Under the pieces are notes generated by a model. The model was given only the letters and a program-made list of their open reading frames with translations. It was not told the DNA's origin and made no database searches. The position numbers were made by a program, and so were the translations under genes. A stretch of DNA of 63,202 nt, counting the filler, from Phoronis australis (taxonomy: Eukaryota > Animalia > Phoronida), in assembly GCA_002633005.1 (NCBI GenBank). It is 5 parts of 5 records of this genome, joined end to end, with 100 filler letters (N's around TTAATTAATTAA, not from the genome) between each part and the next. Parts side by side here need not be neighbours in the genome. Positions count along the whole stretch, not along the records: positions 51,714 to 59,782 come from NMRA01000176.1; positions 59,883 to 63,202 come from NMRA01003091.1; 3 more parts are not named here. One strand, written 5' to 3'. Shown one piece after another: positions 52,162 through 63,202 of this stretch. How positions within the stretch are numbered: position 1 is the first letter of the stretch; every line of letters begins with the position of its first letter.

Positions 52162-54847
52162 TGGTAAGATGGGCAATAAAAAGCGCCACAGAGATGTTGT
52201 AAGACAGCTCATGCCCATCCGCCATTTTGGATTTGACTTTTGAACCCTGAACCAAATTTAGTCAACTCTAGTATAGAAGTTTGGCTTTATTGTGTCCATG
52301 TTCAAGTGTGTGCGTACCTTTGATGTGTATAGAGCCGTAGGCTTACTGTGAACAATACTGTTTCGCTGGTTCACCGCTACAGTGCTTTTAGAGCGTTGCA
52401 CAACTGCATGCAGTGTTACTAGTATAAGTGCCGTTTACACTTACAAATTGACACGAATCAGCTGACACGGAACAAGTTGTTCCAGAGTGTAAACGGACTG
52501 ACACTGCGCAAATTGACACCGCGGTGACAAATTTTTGCCACCCGTTTGTGAGGTAGAGTAATTTGCGCCCGAACATCTTGCGCCGTGTTAATTATAAGTC
52601 TAAACGCAAAAGTGGAGTAAGGCGGAAAGGATATCTCTACTGCGCTTGTGCAATGACCTACGCACGGGTTCTTTGTCTCTGCAACTCTCGTCATTTGTAA
52701 ACCTGCGCATGTGCGATCCAGTCTTTCCAGCCTTTAATTTCCGTGTTGCCACGGTTAGTGAGTTACATGTATTTGTGTAAACGGCCGCTTGACACGGGTC
52801 AATTTGCTCTGTGTCAGTTGCGCCGGGACAAAAGTTGATGTCTAAACGGGACTGTAGACTACAGTAAATTCTATATTTTGTGTTTCACACCATATGACTT
52901 TCCAAATTCCTAAACCAACATGCAGCTGAGCCGGGTGTGTTGTGTAGGAGGTGACACAAAGAATCTTCGCTCCAGTTGTCACCGACGCTTGGTGCGCCAC
53001 TGGCCTGCAGTGCTCCCCTTTACATGTAAGAAAGGGAATATACGTTACCTTCTTTAAATAGCTTAATTTGAACATATTCTGTGTAGTTGAGGTTTTAAGG
53101 GATTTGGATAAGGAGGAAATATCTTTTTAAAATGTCATATACCTTATCAACAAATCGGTGCATTTATCCCCAAATCGACAATCCTCCAGGACGAACACGT
53201 CAATCATCAGGAGGGATAATGTTAAAGTTTGTAAGCTCGATGATTACCTCGATGTCATTATTTCTTATCGGAATTGGAAAACCTCTAACTCTGTCATGAA
53301 AAATAAGACCTCTAAAGCGAAAGTCCGTGCCGTTGCCCAGTAGGGTTTTTTGTGAGTTTGTATGCCCTATGAACGAATGTCAAGCAATGTTACATTGATC
53401 AAACGGTTTGCTGTCTTTCCCGTGGGTTACCTGTGCATCTTCAGAATGGCGCAATCTAAGAACATTTTCTGCAACGTAAAATCACCCCACAAGAAATTGT
53501 GGAAATCACGTCAATTCCTTACGTAGAGTGCTGCGATTGAAAGTATATGAGTCCCTTTTGATTGTATTCGAGAAGCATATTTTGAATGAGCAGCAAACAG
53601 GGTCGCGCCGCACGCTACACTTCTTTTCGTGACTTTCCTGTTAACCCCCTTCATTTGTCATTCTTTGTAGTATTTCACACCTGTCGTGTCCCATTGCGAA
53701 TGTTTCCAGCCTTTGCCCTGTGGTGGTATTACAAAATAAAATTGTTAAAGCGAGTGAAATATTTCAATCAATTAATGGGAACTCGTTCAGCTATTTTTAC
53801 ACCATTCCTTAATTTTTGCAGTACTGGATTAAAATTTCTCTTTGGTTATAAATTATCAGAAGTCCATAAAATGTTAACCTGCAATTATTTTCGTCTTCCA
53901 TGGAATTTTAGGGATCGGGATTCCTGTGGCTACGAGGCAGGGCCCCAAGGGTGCGTTGCATAAACGCAAGACTCTCGCGAATAGGCAAGACTACACAATC
54001 TTACGTGAATGGTTCGCCCGCGTGCTCTAAACCGATCAGTCTGTGAGGTTGGATTATTGGGTGGTGGGATAGAAATCAGTATGCGTTCCATAAATGAAGA
54101 TTGCACTGCTAGTGCCTTTGGTCTACGCAACGCAACCCTGGTTTGTGCAAGCCTTCCGTCTCAGTTAAACTCGTCCCTTTTCTGCGGCAACATGTACATG
54201 TACAGTAGTTTGTCAATAGATTTTTTACAAGAGCCGATGTTCTAAAGAAGCCTGCTTTACAGGAGCGTTGATCTAAGTTCATTTTTGTGGAATTGGGTAA
54301 TTGCCGCATTAGAAATGACTTCAAGACAATAGAAGAGTGGATATAATAAATTGATATATCGTGGACTAAACTAGAGATTTTTCGAACTGTTATAGTTTCC
54401 GAACTCGAATTCCTGGTGAAAAGTTAGGTTAGAACCAATTTCGTCCCAAGAAATGCGTGAAAATTAGCCAAGATAATTGGCTTGCGAGTCTTGGTAAAGG
54501 GCGAAAGACCCCAACAGTGACTAACAATGGACTAGATTGATATCTGGACTCGATTTTGAAACAGTCATCGTCTGAAACTGAAACCAAAAGGGTTTCTTGC
54601 GATGTCTATGGCTTCACTCAATGGATTGTCTGGAGTTGACGGTTTGTAGTTCCTCGTTTATGCAATGTGTCCTAGAGTCATTTTATTTGAAGATTTGATA
54701 ACACAGCGATAACTGAATACTTACAACCAAACACGCTCGTGTTTGACTCATTTTACATGGCTCAAGTTTATATCACCATGACAACAACTAAATAGCATTG
54801 ACAGAGAGAAGCCATTCATAAAACGTTCAAAGAACGTTCGCAGAGGC

Positions 54848-54978
54848 ATGTACTGCCTGCTTACAATGCCACTTCCGGAGCCGGAAACATTCACACTGAA
54901 AACATTTCCTGAGCAAAACATCTTGACAAGCACTCGTAGCTCTTCAGATGTTTCGATACTGAACGGGAGGCGTTTTAG
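54848..54978 (+). CDS. Candidate first coding exon of the uncharacterised gene at 58828-59779
   Basis: ATG at 54848, open to donor TTTAG|GTGAAT. The 131 nt give phase 2, matching the acceptor at 58827. Confidence 0.4.
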
Positions 54979-56034
54979 GTGAATAATTAATGAATGTTTC
55001 CTAATTAATCGTTAGAGCTTAATTACCAACAACAGAGCCAAGTTTTTGAGGACAGTTCGCAATTAAAACTGGTGGAGGTTATATGGAGCATGGTTTGTGT
55101 TAAAATGGATCATAACATGTAGATGTTAACTGTACAAACCCCTTGGTTTGACATGACTGTTCGTGAATCTCGTGTTCAACAAGGACGTGGATCATGAGGT
55201 AGGGTTCAATCTCAATTCAGTGGTCATTTTGTTAACAAAATCTTCGAAATACTGAGCAATGTAGGAATTTAGTTTAATTGTATTTCGACAAAGTCAAAGC
55301 TTTTAAATATCTATGAGAAGCCCCTGTCAATAGCAACCAATTAAGGAGCCCACCATGAGTGGAGAAAATGGGAACGCACTTTCTGAAAGACAAACATTAC
55401 TGATTGACGCTCTTTTTGGTGAAGCCTTTCGTGTTTTTCCTCGACCCTTTGGTGGAAAAAAGCAATCGTGGAATATTTACGTTCCTCAACAATTAGAAAA
55501 GACTTAACTTCTGTGGCTTCGAAGAATATCCGGGGAATTTACAAGACAGCTGAAATGACATTATAGGTGAGAAACATAGAATCGAAGACATGCCCTCGTC
55601 GGTCGCATATTGACGTTCTGCTGGTGGGGCTAAACCCCACTGAATCAATGGCAGTGTATTTTACATGTAAGTACCTTAATATACATGTACCATAGGTAAT
55701 AAAGTCACGGGTCCTGATTTCAGCTAAGTTCTGACAGACAACGACGAGAATTTGCGATTTGTAATTTGATCACAAAAGCACAACGGATTTTTTGTTCCAT
55801 AGCTCTGGTCAAAGTTAATCAATCCGAGAGGTCCACACCACCCTACAATAATTACAAAATGATTTATTCGGTCGTNGCTGAATAAACAATGCATAGGCCC
55901 TGAACAAACCCCGTTTACCGTTTGTTTTTGTTTTTTTCTTTAGTCAAAAGGTGCGCAAAACCCAAAAATTGGAGACCCCAGCTGCATCTCTACACTTTTG
56001 GCTGGGCGCTCACATCTGCCGAAATTCTGGTTAT

Positions 56035-56081
56035 TCCTGTGCCCTGCCTCCCTCTAACTCAAAATCCTGGATCCGCCCCTG
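56035..56081. mobile_element. Terminus of a hAT/Harbinger-type MITE
   Basis: Ends in AAAATCCTGGATCCGCCCCTG, similar to the GATCCGCCACTG TIR at 14657. The partner TIR was not found. Confidence 0.4.
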
Positions 56082-57370
56082 GGCGCGTCCGCAGTTGCTC
56101 AAAACCTTTTCATTGATCGGAAATATTTCGATTTTTACTTGTTTTCTTTTGCTTGTGCAAGATAAATAATTGTCGACCTCTCGTGACTTTCGGGTACCGT
56201 TTTACTCTCGTAAGCTCACCTCAGTTTGCCCAGCACAAATGTGCTGTACATATTTTTACAGATCAGGTGCGATATCCGTAAACATGGTATTCAGTTAATA
56301 GTTACCCTCAAAGAACTGCATATGTAAGCAGACTTAATTACCAGCTGGTGGGGTTTCAAAGCGTATTTTGTTGTTTTGAAAACCAAGTTTTCTATTATTT
56401 TTGACCGAGACCATTTGAAATGTTTTGATATTTAACCACCGCGAGAAAGTCATACGGTTATAATTAGTCAAATGCTGAAAAAATATGAGTTCTTTTCAAA
56501 AATGTGAAGTTCATCTCGCACGACAGTCCAGCACTCGATTTCGCTCCCAAATGAAAATTCTAAAGAGCTATTCGCCTCTTCTTTTAATAAATAAGACAGT
56601 TAGTAGAGCAGTTCTCTTGACTTTTTACGCCAGTTATGTTATATAGACCTATCACCGTCGACGTCAGTAGGATATTTTGCGTTGCGAAAGAAACGGTTGA
56701 TAGCCCAGCGCGGGACTGGAAGCTGGCGTCTTCTAATAAATTCACGATGACACAAAGAATTGCTATTTAAGGGCTCTGTTCAAAGCTGGCAAATTCCAGA
56801 AGTCAATCCTACATAAGAATATTAATAACAATAGGTTGTTTTTTAACAGTTAAACCGTTTGCGTCCTTTTGGTTAGCATATTTTTTAAATTCCACAATAA
56901 GGTTGGTTATCAATTACAGGATTTTTCAGCGAGACATCAGAGAAGCGCGGATACGGCAAAAGTTTATGTAAGAAACCAGCGTGATGGCGGGCATGACAAA
57001 CCCATTGGCTGGCGCTGGGTACATTCATACGTGGAGCTAAGAAACTTTCGTTTTTCTTCAATTTACTCGTTTTTCTGGATCACGGTTATGATATGCCGTG
57101 CTAAGGAAAGATTAACGGTACTCATGGTGACAATATACATGTAGTCACTTGTCAAAACAAAGTACATGGTGTTTTTATTACAATTTCATCTAGGTAATCA
57201 CACGAGAATCATCCGAACAGTTACTTACATACATGTATATGACTGAACCCGCTTATTGCTGTTCTAATCTGTACAGGCCTACTCTGGTATCAGCTGTAGA
57301 TACAGTGCATACATGTATGCAAGTCTATTGCGTGTACCGTCGAATTAAATGTATACCTATTGACCTTCTG

Positions 57371-58692
57371 CAGGGTGCTCCTTTGATATTGCAATCCCGG
57401 GGTAAAACAGATACCCCGGAGTCGAAAACAGACCTCGCACTTTTAAACCAGCTAATCAGCCCGAAAAACACAAACCTCGAAGTTTAAAACACGAACCCTA
57501 AAGCTTAAAACACAAACCGCGAACTTTAAAACAGGAACCGTGGGGGGAACGGACACACAATCCGGACAATTTTTCAAATTTTCTGAGACGATGTCAGTAG
57601 TCTCAAGCTTTGAATTGAAGCATCTTCAAGTACTTTCCAGTTGTTTTCTGCATTAAAACTTTTCAATAATAAAACGTAACTTGAATATTGACTTTGTTAT
57701 TTGATTTTTATCAGTAAAACTCGTGCAACTTGTCTGTGGGCAAACTTCAACATATTCTACTCTCAACACATTGTTATCTCGTTGATATTTAGTTAATTTC
57801 AGATTATTCAACAATTTCTCCAAAATTTTTTTCAAAAATGAAAACCAAAAATATTATTTCGACTTTCGAGTACCAAAGTTGATTAATCCCCTTAAATATC
57901 TTTATATAGTGGCGCATTTTAAGGTTCGTCAATTTACTTGTCAAGAGTACATTATTCCCGGCACAATCAATTTCCGGATTTTGAAATGGACCGCGAGAAT
58001 TATTCACTCAAATGACCTGCACCGTCACCAATTTCACAGCTCTTGCCCTCAAAAAGAGTGCTTCAACGCCTCATCGATCATCAAAACGGAATTTGGAATC
58101 GAAATTTCTTAACTCTTTTTTGCCGGATCACTGCGGCAAAATTTGTTCTGAAATTCGATTTGCGAGTATTAAAATACTAAAAACTTGTAACGAAATGAAA
58201 CCAGTTCCGATAATATGTTGTCAACCTCGCAGAAGAACAATTGATTGAAGAATTGGGAAAAGCTGGCCAATAGGTGACGCAATATTTCAAAGCGCCGAAG
58301 ATAGCGCCACAACTTTAGCAGCGAAATAACGGCAGAATGCCAATCGGTCAAAAATTATCATATAGTAAAACAAGATATCACAAAAACTACCGATTATTTA
58401 ATTAAAGCAGGAAGATTTATGCTTCCATCAAAATGTGTAATTGTTACATGCCGTGTGAACACAAAGCGCTTTAAAGGTAATAAGGTATTTCTTGAGATAA
58501 ATAATGATTGACAGAAAGTGCGAGAGTGGTGTTTCGATCCCCGGGTGTCCTGACCTATCCCCGGGGTTCCTGTTTTAAAGGTCGGGGTTCGTATATTTCG
58601 AGCTGGTTAGCTGTTTTTGAGGTGCGAGAGCCTGTTTACGACTCCAGAATATCTGTTTTACACTGGTGTTCTAATTTCGATGGAACACCTTG
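57371..58692. mobile_element. About 1.3-kb non-autonomous Tc1/mariner-like element with long imperfect TIRs
   Basis: Left end CAGGGTGCTCC...GTAAAACAGATACCCCGGAGTCGAAAACAGACCTCGCAC...CAGCTAATCAGCCCGAAA. Right end in reverse complement: CAAGGTGTTCC...GTAAAACAGATATTCTGGAGTCGTAAACAGGCTCTCGCAC...CAGCTAACCAGCTCGAAA. The TSD is degenerate. Confidence 0.7.
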
Positions 58693-58827
58693 TTCTATGA
58701 TGTGGCGACACAATATGGCACAACGAGGCTACCGTACACGTATGATTTGACATGACTGCATTTGAGCGTTTACATGGCATAAAAATTAGTAGTAACATAT
58801 CAAATTGCAAGAATTTGTCCATTACAG

Positions 58828-59779
58828 AGCGTCAAGAAGGAAATGTCATCGTTACTCAAGTGACAATTGCGCTACACTGAATTATTCTTGTCATTCGAGA
58901 ACTGCTTATCTGCCATCCATCGACGCTCAACAACGCCATCAGCAAAAGTTGGATGTAAAGCATTCGTCTGCATTGGAAAGTAATTCATCAAAGAGCAGTC
59001 AAGATCAGCCAGCTACACTAGAGCCTGAAAACGTTGAGTTGCCTTCTGCCACGCGGGAATTGGTGAAATATCCCCACAGGCAGACGACACAGCAAGCGGA
59101 AGTATTTCGATCCAAATTTTTTGGGGAAGTTGATCGCAACTTTGCGCCGTCGTATTCCGTTAATCACGCACGGTATAACAAAAGAAAATGTGAAATTGAA
59201 AACGAATTGGAGAAACAGATTATGTTTATAAAATCAGAGAATCGAAGGAATCTCGCAGACAGCTTGAAAGGCAGGCAGGTTCTTTATACTTTGAATGGCA
59301 TAGACGAGTTTGAGTCTGTTTCATCTGAACAGGCAGAGATGATTATACAACAAAACAGGAAACTCAATATACATTTACCTGATGGAATTACGGACGAAAT
59401 AAGATCCAATGCATTACATTGTGGTCTGAAAGACGGCACACCACACAGAGTTAGTAACCGCCATTTACACCGGTTAACACGAACCGAAACCATGGCTTCG
59501 TTGCCGTCAGTTCCGTCCATGGCCAGGGATTTCATAAACCAGCCCGATAAAGTTCACGGCATGACAACCAAGTTTCCACTTCTAAAACAAGTCAGTAATG
59601 ACGAGTTCGAAGACCTGGAGAATGAGATGACGCTTAAAGGGTTCAGAGACACGCCTTTCATGAACCACAGAAGGAGACGGCCTGTCAAGAAGATCAAAAA
59701 AGTACTAACAATCGCACATGTGGTCACAAAGCTGCGGGGACTTCAGATTGCAGAGATAAATCGATATGGTCAAAGTTAA
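58828..59779 (+). CDS. Uncharacterised protein, terminal coding exon (about 317 codons), no recognised domain
   Basis: The 324-codon open frame has no ATG near its start but has an acceptor TTTGTCCATTACAG at 58827. It is Ser/Gln-rich with a short coiled-coil-like segment and a basic C-terminus (RRRRPVKKIKK). Confidence 0.65.
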
Positions 59780-62700
59780 TGCNNNNNNNNNNNNNNNNNN
59801 NNNNNNNNNNNNNNNNNNNNNNNNNNTTAATTAATTAANNNNNNNNNNNNNNNNNNNNNNNNNNNNNNNNNNNNNNNNNNNNAGTTCATGTTGAGTGTTC
59901 CGAAAACATTGAGTTGGTTCCAGAAAAAGACTCCACATTGCTGTTAGCTCTTAGCAATTTTCATATACTTGTACATGGACCAAATGCCGGACAGACCCGT
60001 AAAAAGACGAAAGAGATACAACAAACACAGTGGGACTAAGCATTCATCAGGATATTCTCGAATAGCTGGAGCCGGAGAACGGTAAAGAATCAGATGAAAC
60101 GTTTTCTTAAGCCATCGACGAGGTCTGTGTCCATGCCAATTTTCAAAAGACTGCAGATCTAGAGCTCCGAGAAGCGAAAATTCAAAAATCCTCTCAACAT
60201 ACGTCATTTCGAGTCCGATTTTCATGTACAAACCAGATATTGAATGGAAATTTCATGCTTATGGCTTAACCAAGAAAACAAAACCATTTGACTTGGATAA
60301 CTTTCAGTTATCCCAAGCAGAAATGGATTATGGAGTATTGTACTTGAGGAACGAGTTACAATAGTGGAGAGAAAAAAATTACGTCTACCGGTAACGATTA
60401 GATACTTACGGGTCGTTGTTGTTGTCGCCACTAAAACGAGATTATAACATTTGGAACTCAACAAAACATTAAATATAATTGTAATAATAAGACGATTTAA
60501 GCCAAAGCAATGGAAAAAACAACAATTAGACGATTTCGGGATATGCAGTCAAACAAGAAACGTTTTTTGCTAAACATTGACAAAGATGCTTGAAGTTGTT
60601 GTTGCACAAAAACAAGATTATGACCGTTGGATATCAACAAAAACAACAAACAGCACGACTATTTAGGAGTGTGATATGAAAAACACAAGACTTTTTGTAC
60701 TTTGATAACTATTTGAGTAAACGACGAAACTTACTTGTAGTTGTTGTTGTTGTTGAGCCTAAAACGAGAAACAAGTGCTGCTTTACTTGATTTATCAAAG
60801 AATTTCATAAAAATAATTTAAGTATAAAAGTCTTAATTTGATGACGATTTACCAAGACATTCAGCCACCACTGTCATGAGTACACGTATATTTTGTAGCT
60901 CTTTGCGAGCTATGCTGTAGTTGCATGGAAAGTTATCTAGTTTGGTATGCAACGCTTTATTTGCCAGGGTTCTGCTCAATTACAACTGCAAATGCCAGAT
61001 TACCCCAAAACCTGACCTTATTAACGACTTTGATTAAATAATTGTAGACCGATTTTAACCATCGAAAACAAACTTGGTTTCATAGAGCTCTTCGGGTTTT
61101 GTGCTAAGTTTTTGATAAATATATCAAAACCCCTTTCACCGGACATTGTGCTACAGTGTATGCGTGCTGATGATTAGCTCGATTAATTACCAGAACTCAG
61201 TAATTCACGACAAATGTGTATACAGTGTTGTCCACTGGGGCTCTGTTGGCTAAGCGGGATCTGTCCACCCGTTTGGCTCTTTGTCAAGTTCTCAGTATGT
61301 GGTAAAAGGCTACGTACACGTAGTCCAGGCCTTAAGGTATTGAAACAATTCGTGTGGATAGACGTCGTAGCGATATTTGCCGCACTCGACAAATTTTGTA
61401 ACCTGGAGCCTGTTCCAAGAAAACTGAACTAGCTAAAAAAACTTCCAGTCAATTTTAATACGAAACTTAAATTTGCATCAAGTCTCTTTCAAGAGTGTCG
61501 TGAATTATACTTCGGGTTTTGACTTAAGTTTTTGCCTAATTTTGGTTAACTTACCGAATGGGGAAGTTTCAAAGAGACTTAAGTCAAAAATGAATTCAAA
61601 ACAGCTTCTTGGAATGGGACCATGGACTACAATACATGTATATCTTGGCTTATGGCAAGTACAACCATACATGATGTCAATATTGAATATTGTTGTATAT
61701 GGATTTCAAAACCCATGCATACACGGTATATGGATTTCAACACCCAAATACTTTGTCCATACTAAAAAACTTCTATGGGCCAATGAGTTGAGAGTCACCT
61801 TTCTAGAGACGTGTAGGTAGTGTAATTCGAACAGTAAAAACACATTTGTTAAAATGAATATCATTTCTATTTCATTTTTTAAAATGCCTTTTGACAGAAA
61901 AAATCGAATTGACTTTCTCCTTTCATACCACTCAACTGGCCAGTATCGTGTATCGTTTTTTACGAGTTAGTGGTACCTCAAATGTTTGAGCTAGCTCCGT
62001 TTTTGAGTGATCCTTTTTAGAATATTGGTTTCAGTTGCGTCGAGTGCAATATTGAGGTCATAGACGAGTGGTGCTAAGTGCACCACAGCCCGTCATATTA
62101 TGCTATTAACCAGTAAGAGTGGCTCCTTGTATTATGCAACATTTGGCTTGTGGTTAGTATAAATGCAGTTAATCTCTTTCACACATAGAAAGTTCACATC
62201 CTGAGACCAGTCAATGAATGACATCCATTTTGAAAATACTGATGGCGCATACTAACTGGTCCCTCGTTAGGCTCCAATAAGTACACGTGTCGTGTTGATA
62301 TTGGGGTACTATTTGCATGCGGAGGAAAGTTATTATTCACGGTCGACTAGTTATAATCCCTGAGTACAGTGTGGTCAGCATGTGAGCAAGTGCAGACAGT
62401 TTTTAAAATTTAAATAAAGCATAGAAGTGGAGTGATGAGGCTACAACACCCTTGTGTGTGCCTCATTTCTAAGGTGAAACATATTCGTGTAGATTGCGCA
62501 GCGATGTAATACGCCCACGTCTGAAACGCAAACGGTGTCTTTCTTAGGGTGGTGCAAAATACAACAAACGGGTTCGAAAATGAGAACGTCTGTCGTCGTC
62601 TCCGGAAATGAAAGCAGTTTGATATAATTCCCGAAAATCAGTCACGGATTCCAGAGGCGAACGTGAAAAAATGGCCATTAGAAAGCAAAGAACTACTCCA

Positions 62701-63202
62701 ACCCGTGTCAATTCGACAAATGTTGCAACCTGTAGCACGAAAGACATAGACTAGCAAAAGTGTGACGATGGATTTGCCAATATAATAAATCTCGAATGAC
62801 ACGGAAATAGCATGACAAATCGGAGCCAGAAAGTGATGTCACGATAGAAATAGTGGTTTACAAAACCTATGCACACTCCAATTACAAAAAAGATTCATCA
62901 AGGGAAGCCCGATGCGCGACACCAGTACTGAATTAACGAAAAAGCATGCATAAAAAAATATAGAGAAAAACGCTGTCCACTTTCCGACAGCTCATCAAAG
63001 CATTCATCGAGATATCAAAATTTCAGAAAAATATTTCAAGAGGTAGCGAAGCAATGACTCGGCATACCCGGGACTAAAATTTGAAAAACTGCCGCCACTA
63101 CGAAATCTGTCATCTGATTTCACCACAAAATCACAGCTCTTGAGATAAATATTCCATGATTTCATGTTGACCAGACGAGCGCATTGCGAGAGACCAGCAG
63201 AC

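Noticed and set aside
59883-63202. Short ORFs in the last contig
   Set aside because: No recognisable motifs or consistent exon chain; the region looks like degenerate repeat and intergenic DNA.

Overview
This is AT-rich, intron-rich animal DNA, most likely a marine invertebrate (inferred from the gene and repeat types). It is five contigs joined by 100-bp N spacers carrying a TTAATTAATTAA linker, plus one sized gap at 14052-14627. Host genes: (1) on +, a gene with two coding exons (7202-7346 and 9045-12358) encoding a GlnD/DUF294-type Pol-beta nucleotidyltransferase, a helical partner domain and about 10 tandem 43-aa TPR repeats with variable positions. This is the best candidate for an undescribed sensor-enzyme (immune-like) system. 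(2) On -, the 3' part of MCTP1/2 (12 exons). (3) On -, the central RUN-PLAT part of DENND5 (11 exons plus a candidate microexon). (4) On -, the first three exons of KLHDC10. (5) On +, an uncharacterised two-exon gene (54848-59779). Mobile DNA includes a LINE ORF1 fragment with a decayed 2A-like motif, a hAT element with an atypical 5-bp TSD, a pogo-like TIR element carrying a HIRAN-like remnant, a decayed zinc-finger/TatD DNase gene inside KLHDC10 intron 1, an inverted pair of hairpin-ended repeats around KLHDC10 exon 1, tRNA-derived SINE-like copies, MITEs and several minisatellites. All calls come from reading the sequence by eye; no searches were run.
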